A stretch of 64,000 nucleotides of DNA. Origin: Amphiscolops sp. MND2022. Lineage: Eukaryota. Location: the NCBI GenBank assembly GCA_964187785.1, contig OZ076409.1:80850001-80914000 (forward strand), in the 5' to 3' direction. The notes under the pieces are model-generated. The model saw only the letters and a list, made by a program, of their open reading frames with translations. It did no database searches and was not told the DNA's origin. The position numbers and the translations under genes were made by a program. Positions 1 to 12,400 of this stretch are shown one piece after another (the stretch's first letter is position 1; each line of letters begins with the position of its first letter).

Positions 1-3000
1 CTGAAGATTGGGAGTTCGGGACATGATCGAGAGATGTAGAGACTGCTTCCATTTTGCACGTAACAGAACTCTAGATAGGCAAAAGTTTCTGTTTAGAAAA
101 CGACAGAGTAACGAATCTCTACAACAATTCTGGCACGCACTCATCGGGTTGGCTTCCAGATGTGAATTAGGCGAAATCACCCAAACAATCGTGCATGACG
201 TGTTCATTTTAAATAGGATCAACAATAAGGTCCAGTAGAAGTTACATGTAGAGCCCTTCAATGACCCTCAAGAAGCCCTGCAATATGCCATTTCCTATTG
301 AAAAGGTGTCAAGAGACAAAAGACCATGGGGCTAGGAGTGGCAGAAAATTCCAAAGTGGCAATCAAGAGCAAACAGGTATGTGCTGGTATGTGGGTCGAC
401 AAAAGAGAATGGTTTCGCTGTGGAGGAGGAAATTTTACAACAGACCACATAAAAAAATGCCCAGCTATAAAACACAAACGTGAATTCTGCGACATCATTG
501 GCCATCTTGAAAAGTGCAGTAATCACGAATTCCACGAAAGGAAGAAACAGATGAATCAGGTAATGCAGAACAGACGGATAGGGGTGTCGCGAGTGAACTA
601 CGTATCGAAGAGCAAGACGAAGGTAATGACGAAACAGTAGTTTTGCAGGTGAATCAAGCTGGAGCGAAACCATTCATGATATGAGGTCTTATGTGCGGAA
701 ATATATTCCAGGCTATCATTTATACTGAGTTTCCTGTTTCTTTTTTCACAGTATGAGCTAGAAAGCATCATCGGAAAATAATGGGTAGTCGTCAGAGAGA
801 TGATTGTTGATGAAAGATACGTGAACTTCAATAGACGCCCCTCGCCGCTGTTGGGATACAGATTCGTTTCGCGGTAGAGTAAACAATTACACTTGTTATT
901 GACAGTAAATTAAAATTGAGAAGAAAGACGGTACTCGAGTCATTGAACAGAAAAGACGTAGAAGACCATTGCAACTGCAAGAACAAGGAGATAAAGAAAT
1001 ACAAAATGTATTAGAAGAAAAACATATTGAAAAAGTGAACGCCATAAAAGACGATGTTTTTATACAACTGGTAGTGATAACTGTAAAGAATGTCTGTTGG
1101 GTGAAAATAGCGCTGGATGCACGAGCACTAAATATCTCAATTGCAGAAGATAAGTATCAAATGCCGAACTTGATAAATTATTGGACATGACCGCAGAAAT
1201 ATCGGCGGAAAAGGAGGCCACGTATGGTGTACTTCGGCCGATATGAAAACTGCCTATGGACAGAAGTACTGCTAAGCATTACATTTTTCAAATTATCGGC
1301 TGAAAATCAACACGTACTTATCGATTCATATCGGGACATTACGGACTATCGATTATGCCGACCGAATTTCAGAAACAATTGGATATAACATTTGTGATTA
1401 TGGACTGTACATTTGTGTATATAGTAGATATTTTAATAGTTACAAAATGTGAAAAACTGTACATATGCTAAACGTTCGGGAGGTGTTAAAAGTGTTAGAT
1501 AGCGCGAATTTTCAATTGAGGGCAGATAAGAGTAAAAGAGCATGTACAAAAAGAGAAAGGTTGGGATACGAATTGTCAGGGGAAGGCATTGCCCCAGTAA
1601 ATGGCAAAGTGCAAGGAATAACCAGAAGACTGCGACCAAACAATTTGAGAGAGTTGAGATCATTCCTCGGAGTCGTTACCCAACCAAACAAATTCGTACC
1701 CGTTTTAGCTAACATTTGTGCATAGTTCAGATCGATTTTGAAGAAAGAAGCTGAGTGGGAGTGGACTCGAGGAGACGAAGAGGCATTTTTGAAAATTAAC
1801 CAAGAAATTTAAAAGGAATACCGGAATTGACACATTTTAAAAAAGATAAGAAATTGCGAATTATCTGCGATGCAAGCAAACAAGGATTAGGGGCAGTACT
1901 TCAGAAACAGCAACATAACCAAAGTTGGAAACCGGTGTCATTTGCGTCTAGATTTTTAACAAGTTTTGAATCCGAGTACTCGATTAACGAACTGGAATTA
2001 TTGGCTGTAGTTTGGGCAATCAAACAATTTAAAAATTACGTCTACGGAGTGAAATTTCAAGTTTTTTTTCAGACCATAAAGCGTTGGCATCAGTGTTGAA
2101 ACCGAATAGGAGTAACAAAACCTTCTCTAGTCGCTCAACAAGGTGGATGGATTGGTTACTGCCATTCGAATGCGAAGTAATTCATACACCAGGAATGGTA
2201 CTAAGTTTTCCAGATAATTTATCAATCACCCTAGTTAGATAAAAAGAAGTGCGTTAAATTCCGAGAAACTATGGAATGACTGGTTCACCGTATAGACAAT
2301 TACGAAACTTGATTCTATTTTGGAGATTGAGAGAACTCCACTGGAGACGCCAAAAGCGATGAACCTGCCGCGCGCGTCTGATTTGGTAATGAGAGTGGAA
2401 ACCGAGCAAGACTTGCAACAAGTGGAGAAAGCGAAAAAAACGAAAAAGTAATCAGCCAATCAATTCGCAGGAAAGTTACGCGCGAACAAATGAACTGAGA
2501 TTCAGTGCGGTACAAAATAAAAATGAATTAAGCGCGCAACGAAATTGCAAAATCATGCAGAATAACGCATCCAAAGTCATTGACAAAATTAATGATTCAT
2601 TTTTGCCTGCAAAGTTCGAAGCTGACCAAATGCTTCAAAAAGTTATTCGGTTTGGTCAAAACAAAGGAAGAGGCCAGAATTTCTTGGTTGTCTGCGCTCT
2701 GGCGAAAATACTTTAACTCATTGAGTGTCGATAGCCGCAAATACTTATACATGGACGAACGGCTGGTAATCCCGACTAAGTTACTCTCCTCCATTAAGAG
2801 TTCGACACACTATGGACATCCTGGTGGGGATACCATGCTTTGGTGTATCTCAGTTTTCTGGTGGCCCAAATTATGAAGAAAGTAATTTGCGACGGCAAAA
2901 TGTTGCGATCAGTGCAATCTAGCAGGTAAAAGCAATAAACCTTTATTGAAACAAACGCAATTTTCGGGGCCATTCCAAAATGCGGAACACGGGAAAAATA

Positions 3001-4630
3001 TCTGTTAGTAGCTGTAGACTATTTTTCTGCATGGCCCGACGCCTTTTTTGCCGGCGCTTCATGAAGTCAAACGCGACTGGTATATGCCTTTTTTGATTTG
3101 ATCTCAATCCACACGAACTGACCAAAAGTTATTGAAAGTTCTACAAAATTTTTTTGTCCCAATATGAACCATTTGGCCTAGGCAACTGAACCAAAAAATT
3201 TTTTCCTCTTTTGCCGCGTAACATACCATACCGGGAGAGACTAAAGGGTCACCTCTTTCCTTTTTTTTCGGCATTGTGAGACTTTTATTCAAAAAACATT
3301 ACCCCAAAGGTTACCCCTTCAATTTTTTTATCTTTTGCGACAGAATGTATGATGGAAAATCCCAGAAGGTCCCCCTTTCAGTTTTTGTGGCATTGTGAGA
3401 CTTTTATTCCAAAAAACATTTTCCCAAAGGTAACCCCTTCAATTTTTTGATGTTTTGCACTCTTTTCCGAGTTTTTTACTTTGAGTTTTTTGACACTTTC
3501 ATGTCCTTTTGCTGTTTAGATATGGAGCCGATTTATGCCGTCTCTGGCTTTTTAGAAAAAAAACAACAACCAAGAAAGTAATTGAATTTTAAAAACACTA
3601 CATATCACTGTATGGTATACCGAAACAAATTAGATCCGATCCAGGCACGATGTTTACCTAGCGAAGAATTAAAAATATTCTGCCGCCAATTTCAAAAAAC
3701 AAGTAACCTGTCCAGTGCGCGGCAACAGGGGAAATGGCAAAATCGAGCGAACAATCCGAACCGTAAACGAAAGACCAAGGGCGATTACGAACCTTGTCTT
3801 GAAAAGAGAAAAATCGGGCATATCAGAAATATTATCTGCATTAAGAATGGGAGAAAATGCGGATGGGAAATCACCATTTGAGAACTTGTACTGTCGAAAA
3901 CCGAACAAGGTAAAAAAAATAATATAGTAGACAAAATTAAGGATGTTACAGAAGTGGACCCCGGCATAAAATTCGATACGTCCGATTTTGAGGGGAAATG
4001 GATTCGGCCATCCTGGTGCGGGAGAGGACCAAAGGGTCCAAACCGGAAGGACAGCTCAAAAACAAGGCTGGAAAAGTGATCAAGAAGACCATCCATACCA
4101 TTACGTTCCTATCGAAACACGGCAAAAAGGAGGTGGTTTTATTCGAAGCGGGATGTGGCAGAAGAAAAGCCAAGTAAGAAGAGCCGACAAAGACATAAGC
4201 CACAAACAGAAGAGAAAGCCGGTCCATCTACCCGATGCGAAGCAATGGAAGAATCGTCGGAAGACGACACTTACGTTGCAACTGAAGAGGACGAATCCAC
4301 GCCAACACACAACACCACCACCACCACGGAGGACGTCGAGTCAAAAGACGAGACAGAGCAAGAAGGAAGGGCGGAATAAGAAGAGTTTAGAACTGAGACG
4401 GTTGAGGCGGAAAGGGAGGAAATGACATTTCCCCAGAAGATGTGTACTAACCTGGAAGAATCAATTCTTGAACAAGGGAAGAAGCCGTATAAGGAGAAGG
4501 CCGTGAAGGCCTCAATGACATGGATACTCCCTGGAAGAGGAACCCGACGAAGACGAACAACGGAACGTTATGGGATCGACGTGGTCATGCAAATGGATGA
4601 GGAAGAATTGAAGCAAAAACAAAAATGATA
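1..4630 (+). mobile_element. Degenerate Ty3/gypsy LTR retrotransposon internal region (gag-pol pseudogene), 5' end outside the window
   Basis: Broken ORFs in gypsy order: gag (RKRQSNESLQQF; zinc-knuckle-like CFRCG and CEFCDIIGH), RT (IALDARALN...YQMPN), RNase H (IICDASKQGLGAVL...YSINELELLAVVWA), integrase (HYGHPG...WWP; RGNGKIERTIRT). Many stops and frameshifts. A possible 3' LTR starts near 4831 after a purine tract, but this is not confirmed. Confidence 0.9.
3045..3555 (+). mobile_element. Non-autonomous Helentron-like/MITE-like repeat inserted into the gypsy integrase
   Basis: Integrase reading (YLLVAVDYFSAWPDAF|...|KKTTTKKVIEF) is interrupted by about 0.5 kb with internal AAAGGGTCCCCCTTTCA-like repeats. 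Its 3' end (TTTAGATATGGAGCCGATTT...) resembles the end of the 8787-9118 copy. Both junctions lie in T-runs. Confidence 0.55.
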
Positions 4631-6008
4631 CTCACCAACTGTAACACGTCTTTAGCCGAACATCATCAGTATCTGAAGCTGAAAAAACATTAAACGTGAC
4701 CTTGTTTAGTTTGTACAATTGATCCACTCATGCAATCTGAAATGAATACAAAAAAAGATTGAGTGACAATTTTTTACTAACATGTATTAATTACCCTAAT
4801 TACCCCAGGTGTTAAATTAAAACGGGAAGTTTGTTAGAGTACTGAAAAGTGCATTAACATACAAACTGAATTAATGTTAGTATTTATCAACAACTGTCAT
4901 TAATGTTAGAAAGAAATACATTACACAAATTTGTTTCGACTGACACACGGGTCATCGTTTTGGGTAGAGTTTATTCTAACTGACTTCGTAGGAGTATAGA
5001 AGCTCCTTGTTTCATTTTTGGGATCATCTTCAGGTTCTTCCCTGACATTTCAGCTTGTTTCAGGTTTTAATAGCTTCAACACTTCTCTCTGTAATTCTAC
5101 AAGGAAACTTTTGATCTCTGAAGTGATTTCGCTTTTCGAGGAGGCTCTCAGACTTTCTAAGGGACTGTTTTCAATCCTGTGGGATTTTACTCTCGATTGG
5201 CGCGCAAGTATTACGACCTGATCTACTTGGACTTCACTCTTAGTTTTATTTCGATTTTGAATTGAAATTCAACAGTTTTTTAAAAAAGAAGTTGACATCA
5301 GAATTATCAAAACAATCCAACTGATTCTATCAAAAGCAAAAGACTCAGTCCCTCAAGCATTGTTACACATAATATTTATGCCCTCCTAGCATCATTTGAT
5401 CACGAAAGGATTCCCTAATTTTCTCTGACAATTTACTGTATTTTCGACGAAAAAATCTTTTTGATCCTCAAAATACGCGGAAACCTCGTCTAGTTATGAG
5501 ACACGAAAACTCTAATTTGGTATTAGTCTTCAGATATGATCACATTACTTTCATTTCGGATTTTTTTTGTTTCCTCCCAAGCAAAAATTAGATTTTACTT
5601 CAGTCTATCAAACCGGAAATACTTCCCTGTTTTACTGCTTTGGTTCGCAAAAAAATTGACGTTGAGATGACGCTGGCGTGAACAACTATTACTTGATTTT
5701 GAAATTCGGTACGAAGAAAAATATGACTAATTCTAAACTCACGGTTCATGATGATGTTAGGAAAAGGGGAATTGTGTTCCATTTAATAGGGGTCTAATTA
5801 TTCTATTGTAATTTCCATTTACTATTAGTATGACACTCACTTATCATATCACATAGTAGTAGGCAACGAGATGACAGTGTCAACACTTATCATAACAAAA
5901 AAAACTATTAGGCAACAGAGTAGCAACGTTAGTTGTTAAAATGAACAAAACAACGACTTCATTTATTAGCACTATTCCAGAGACAACCTGTTCCACACAA
6001 ACGTGGTA

Positions 6009-6182
6009 CAGTTGAATCCACCTAATTCCTAGCGCTGGGGACCGAATAAAATAGTACGAATAATGAGAAATACGAATTAACCGGATGATATTACTTTGGC
6101 TTTACCAAAATGGGGGTCTCCGATACATACGATTTAAACGAAGATCCGAATTATCCGGATACGAATTAACCGGAGTTGACTG
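6009..6182. mobile_element. Tc1/mariner-pogo-type MITE
   Basis: TA|CAGTTGAATCC...GGAGTTGACTG|TA: imperfect TIRs with TA flanks and internal ACGAATTAACCGGA repeats. Confidence 0.6.
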
Positions 6183-8786
6183 TATTAGCAGGTGATAAGA
6201 CAGTATCTCAACTTTTGAACGCATTATTAAACCGATATTCCAATTTCTAGAGAGCAAGGAAATTAAGATTTGTTTGAGACGTTGACATGATGACAATTCC
6301 ATACGGTATTAAGGGTTGTGTAGTAGAAAACACCGGTACCAAGTAATTTTTAGTAGCACAGATAAAACACATTCCAAACAGAAGCTTATCAACACGAATA
6401 TCACATTGATTGTTACAAAATGATGATTATTGAAATCTCTGCAAGTTAGTCTCGAATTTGTTGACGACACGGTGACGACAATTTGAATAGAAGCTGACAA
6501 TGAGTTCATATTGGAAGTCTTGTATAAAAGTGCAAACATGAAAATACACTTGTTGTAAAACACAAATTTGTACTTTGATCTTAAACCGTTATTTTTATCT
6601 ATATTTCCAAATAGTACGTGTTAGGATCGTCTCTCTAGAAGATTTACATACTTGTCGACGTTAGTATGACGTAAAATTTGGTTGATATCGATCAACATTC
6701 CCACTTTAAGCTATGTCTTCTCGAATGTGAAAACAACTAGTGGCAAGATTTACGTTAGTTATACGCAAGAATAGACCTGGGAAATGTACGTTATTTCCCT
6801 ATGAAAATACGGAGCTTTCAAACTAAGTGTCATTCAATCCTCTCAATTTCATTAACTTGTCAACGTCACGTTGACGAGTTTCATTGGCAAACCGACAAAT
6901 TAGCTAGTTTGACGCAGTGCTGGCGAGTGCTTAAAATGATCTTCTAGCTGACTGCTAAGGTTGTTGTATAGTATTGGTGGATATTTGGAATGGTTTTTCG
7001 GCTAGTTACCGAGAGAGCGACGCAGTACGGACGGAAAATTAGAATGAATTTCTATCTAGCATAGACGGGACCGCGACGTCACTAAGCTTTCTTTGAAACA
7101 TGACTGCGTCTTTGTGACGTCATATATATGTTTGTTCTCACCGCCATCTTTGTTTTTTTAAAACGCAATATCGTCGTTTTAAATCACACGGATTGCTGTT
7201 CAAATGCATTAAGTTATCCTTGTTTTGACGAGGTGTAAACGCTTTGAAGCCTAATTTCCTAGTGTTTTCTATTTTAGATTTGTTTGATGTTTTCCATTTT
7301 ATATATATCAGGCTATGGTATTTTTGGCTGTTTGTTTGAAATGTCCTTTTCTTAATGTAATGTTTTAGATGTAGCAATGAACAAATTTCCGTCGTGAATA
7401 AAATGTTTTAGCTGAAATGCATGACATCATTTTAGTCTGATTAGCTTCCGATACTCATTTTCGTTTGAGATTTGCGCTAAATGGACGCGTATCTCTTATT
7501 TTTAGTCACAGTTCATTCCAAAGTTCGAATTAGAGTTTGAGTCTAGTAACCAAAATACGTTCTCGGGAACCTCAAATTGCACCCGTGACCTCTGCTGATC
7601 CCTACTCGTTTGCAGCAAAATCCCAGACCGGGAGCGGTCTGTGACAAAATTTAGTTGCTGTTGCCTGTGAATCGAGATTCAGTTCGTAATACATTATTAT
7701 CTTCATTTTTTCAATTCTTCTTACTTTGCCTCTCAGTACTCTATAACTGGGACCTAACTTAGATGCGTTCCCACTGGCCGGTCCAGTAGTTTTGTAGTTT
7801 CTGTAAAAGTGTCCATTACGCAAAGAGATTATCTGACGAAAAAAAAAGAAAAAACTTGCCACTGTAACAGTCGCGCTCATTTGCCTAAACTGCGCCGTTT
7901 GAAAAGTTGTAAAAGTACTGGAACTTTGAACACAAGAACATTTTATCAATGAATGACTTGAGGAAATAGTCCAGCTAAACATCAAGAGTTGGGCCTTTGT
8001 TTTATTTGAGACAGAACTTCCGTCGACAAGTGTTGTTTTTATTTTCACGTAAGAGCATTGTTAAGAATCATATTCAGACTTGACAAGTAGATTCGAATAT
8101 TTCTGAAAAAGTCGACTTCACGGATTCAACGGCCGACACAACTTAATAAATGGTAGAAAGTTTTCAAGAGTCTCTTGTTTTATGGCACAATTCAGACCGA
8201 TCAAGGGATTTTTTTGAAAGCCAGTTGTACGTGGTGATGCGTCAGGTACCTGGGCTTCAACCTTTTTTCAGGATTTTTAGAAGAACTTTTTTTAGTTTTT
8301 TAGCAACAGGATTTTTTGTTCGGAGATTTTTTTTTGAAAACATATACCGTTGTCTTGTTTGTAATGTTCTTCTATTAACCTATTTTTCCATTTTCGGGCA
8401 ACACCATTTGACATTGTAGAAAAATTGAACATTTGAGTTTGTGAGGACATTTTCTCAGCAATCACTGGGATCACAGATTGAGAAAATAGGTGTACACAAA
8501 GCTGTGCTCTCATTACTTAACCATGCAGAGACAGCTATTGTAGAAGTTCCATACCGTGTTTTTCGGAGACGTCAATCTCAGTTTTTCAAGGTCCGTTGGT
8601 GACGTCAATACCCTAAAGCAGCCTAGATGATTATTTAACTCCTTCCCATAAATATAAATAAGAACGTGAAAGTCGATTTAATGTGAAAGTTCAGCTCATA
8701 CTGACGCTGTTAGTTGTGTTCGAATAGAAATAAATGCTAAAAATGTTAGAGAATGATCATGTTTTTTAACATTCTGATTATTCATT

Positions 8787-9118
8787 TTTAGTCGGCGCTT
8801 TTATTAATAAAAGAGCGCGACTACTAGTCACTCGTTTTTTTCTTTTTTTTGACAGACTCGAACGCGGCGAAATTTTTGTTCAATTTGTTCAACTAAACGA
8901 TTACCCGGTAAACGCATCTAAGTTATTGCAAAGGGCCCCCTTGCAAAGTGCGCATAATCCGAACTTTTGACGTTATATCCGACATATATTGCGTTTTTAT
9001 AAGGAGGAGGCGGAGGTCCGAAAACAGGAGTTTTTCATGAAAACGTCCTACGCATATTTCAAATCTGCGCTTTTTGAGCCTTAGATATAGCTCAGACTTT
9101 AAACGTTCCCGTCTTGTT
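8787..9118 (+). mobile_element. Short Helentron-associated (HINE/DINE-1-like) element
   Basis: 5' hairpin TAGTCGGCGCTTTTATTAATAAAAGAGCGCGACTA; 3' end ...TTCCCGTCTTGTT. The same terminal motifs recur at 11744-12285 (reverse), 38204 and 44943-44981. Confidence 0.55.
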
Positions 9119-9312
9119 ATCTTTATTCAATTGAAAAGTTACTGTAACACTTTAGAGTCCAACACTTTCCGTATCGAAAAGCTAATTAGTCGTTTTATGC
9201 AGTTGGTTCGCAGTTACATGCATTAATATTGGCTTCTTATCCACTGAATGACAACTAACAAAGGCATTGAAATTTTTCATAAATCACAGAGCAGCATTTC
9301 GTGTTGCTACAG

Positions 9313-9423
9313 GCGATGGAAATTCTGAGGAGCACAAGCTACGGAGATCCCGATCGAGCTGAAACTGGAATCGAGCGCCTACTGTCGGAAGAATATTTCA
9401 CGGCTGCTTACCCTCTTCATGAT
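9313..9423 (+). CDS. Anoctamin exon (AMEILRST...[19 protein letters not shown])
   Basis: ctacag| acceptor, |gtaacc donor; conserved AAYPLHD motif. Confidence 0.92.
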
Positions 9424-12400
9424 GTAACCATTTCTAATGAAACTTCTTTTCTGTTCTTTCTCATCTACGATGAGACATATAACGGGATTCAGGCTTCATA
9501 CTGTGACATGCTACTACCGTGACCTCTACCGTAAACTCAATTCATACCGTAGCATACGGATGTAGACAGAGAGACTTGGTCTTGTTTACCAATAGAACTC
9601 TAAAATCTGTAACTTCGCAAACTAAAATCTAAAGGGTTCTTTTGGCGTTCTTTTTCTTTACGTGCTAAGATATCTAAGAAAGCCACAACTAGAGTCAAAA
9701 TGCCGCCTTGGACTTCAGTCATTCCAATTTCAGAACAATGAAACTTTCTGAAATGACAGAACAACTTCAAGCGATATTTTTTCAATAATTTGCCTAAAAC
9801 TAGATTGAACGTTCTAACTTTTTACAGTGAATCTCAACAACGAAAATTGATTTATTTCCTGTTTTTCAATAGAGTGCTTTTCAGGCAATCCCATATAGAG
9901 TATGTACGTTGTTTTCTTTGTGAAGTGACATTTGTGGTTAACTGTGACCTTAATGCTTTCAGTCACTTCATAAGGAGCCGGAGATCGAAGAACAAGAAGA
10001 TGAAGATTTGCTGGAAGAGGAGGAGCAAGAGAGACTCTCCTCTTTGAGTACGAGGCAGGTGCTGTGGAAGTATTGGGCCTACTGGAGGAACTGGTACAAA
10101 TATCAACCCTTGCACCACGTGCGAGAGTACTTCGGGGAGAAGTATGCTATATACTTCTATTACTTAGGTTTGTTCACCTCTAACTTCAATTCTAAGTAGG
10201 CAAAACCAATTTTCGGCCAAAAAAGCTGTTTTCGAACAGAAAAATCCGATTTTTGGTAAAAATTGTAAATTTCGGAAGTTATCTTACAGATTATAATTGT
10301 ATGTAACAAACATCAGTTTCAGCACAGTTTCTGGTAGAATGTTCGGTCGGTCCGCTTTGAACGCTTTCAGAACGGAGAGAAATCTCTCGATATCGACGGA
10401 AGTGCAATGCACATTTTGAAAAATATTGATTAGCACAAGTTCTGAAATCTCCACACCTCTCGCGTACTAGTTTTATTGGATCCCGCGGTTAAATGGATCA
10501 TACAAATCCATATCATAATTGAGTTAATTTTCGACAAAAAATGAGCTTTTTCGGCAGTTTTCGGCATTTCGGCGGTTGCCGAAAATTGGTTTTCCTACTT
10601 CAAACTCGTAATTTCAAAAAAAATCCGAAAACTTTAAGTCTTCACACAGAATTAAGGAACAGGAACTCAAGAGCTACAAAAATGAACAATCAGCAAGAAA
10701 TACGTTGTTTATTTTTGCACAATATGTTGTATTCAATGAGCTAAAAATTGTTTGACTGCTTGAACATGATCTACGTATTTCCTTGGATAACTGTCTTATT
10801 CGTCTGAAAGCTTAATTTTATTTTATTTTATGAAAATTCGCGTTATTCCACAACAAAACCAATTCAGGAAAAATTCTATACGTTCAGATCTTTGAATTCG
10901 AAATGCAAACATAATAGTGCCGTTCAATATGGAAGATGAGAAATACTTCAAATACCAAATGCTATCTGGAAGAAATCACTGTTTGTTCCAAATTGAATGT
11001 TCCATTTGAAGCATTTTTAGAATCTTCAAACGAAAGTTGAAAGCAACATCTACAGACATCAAGGCTTTGAGCAGTACTTGTGGAAATGGAAAAATAATGT
11101 ATTGGCGCCTATAGTTGATTCGCTAGAAAGAAATAACACAAAAACAACCTTCTCTAGAAGAATTTAATCTCATGTGTCATGCAGATTCAAGGTTGTAATC
11201 AACATCATAAAATTAGAAAAGTGAACAATAAAATGAAAAAAGTTAGTAGGATTCACAAATTGCAAGAATCGCGGAACAAAATACTTGGATTTTTAGAATA
11301 TTCTAAACTTGGACAATTGTTCAATAATTATGTACGTTAATATCATAATCTTGGATCGAATTTTCAAAATCTGATCATGAAGAATGCTGCACAATAGAAA
11401 TTGAAAATTGAAATTTCTCAGTTGAGTCGTACCATTAAGTGAACTATATAGTGCACTACTGTAGTTTAGTACAAATTTACGCATTTCTAAATTGAGAGTC
11501 GAAAAAAAGGTAAGAAGCCTTGTTCATTCAATAATTCATGGCAAACATTTTTGCAGGGTTCTACACAGCTTGGTTGTGCCCGATTTCCTTGATCGGCTTC
11601 ATCATTCAAATATGCAGTCTCTTGTATGCTGTGAATAACCCCGTCTCGTGAGTACTTGCATATCCTAAAATAGATAATTTTACACAAATGACTCAAGCCC
11701 AAAATAATAAATTTTCACAAATAATTCAAGCCCATACAAACATAAACAAGCCGGGAACGGCCCAAGTCGGCGCCTCGCTCAAGGCACAAAAGTGAACCCG
11801 AGGGACGTAGTTTTAGTATCACTTGTTGAATAAAGATTTTTCGAAAATCCAAAAAAGTCCTACAGTACTGAAAACCTGACCGTAAAGCATTACGTTGGAC
11901 GCAAATTATGTGAAATTTTGAGGGAAAGTCGATAATGTTATACGAGAAATGAAAAAGTTATATCCGAACTTTGAAAACGTTACATCCGAACTTTGAAAAC
12001 GTTACATCCGAACTTTGAAAACGTTATACTAGAACTTTGAAAACGTTACATCCGAACTTCGAAAACGTTATATCCGAACTTTGAAAACGTTACATCCGAA
12101 CTTTGAAAACGGTATATCCGAACTTTGAAAACGTTACATCCGAACATTGAAGACGTAACATCCGAAGTTTGAAACGTTAGATAGTTGTACAAATGAACAA
12201 AAATGTGGACCAATCAGAGTGAACTGAAAAAGAACTACCCACTGTAATAGTCGGGCACTTTTCTTAGGAAAAGCGCTGACTAAAAAGTAACCTTTGTGTT
12301 AACTCTAGACTAAAAAGGAATCTTCCGCCACAATTTTAAGTCTTCTTGGTTTTGAGGATACTTTTTGTACTTTCACATCGAAATGAAAACGTTCACTAAA

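Noticed and set aside
5400..9300. Further upstream anoctamin exons (candidates near 7615 and 8530-8590)
   Set aside because: Possible splice sites exist, but I could not find anoctamin-like peptide, so they were not called.
11950..12180. 21-bp repeat as a CRISPR array
   Set aside because: Head-to-tail minisatellite with no spacers.
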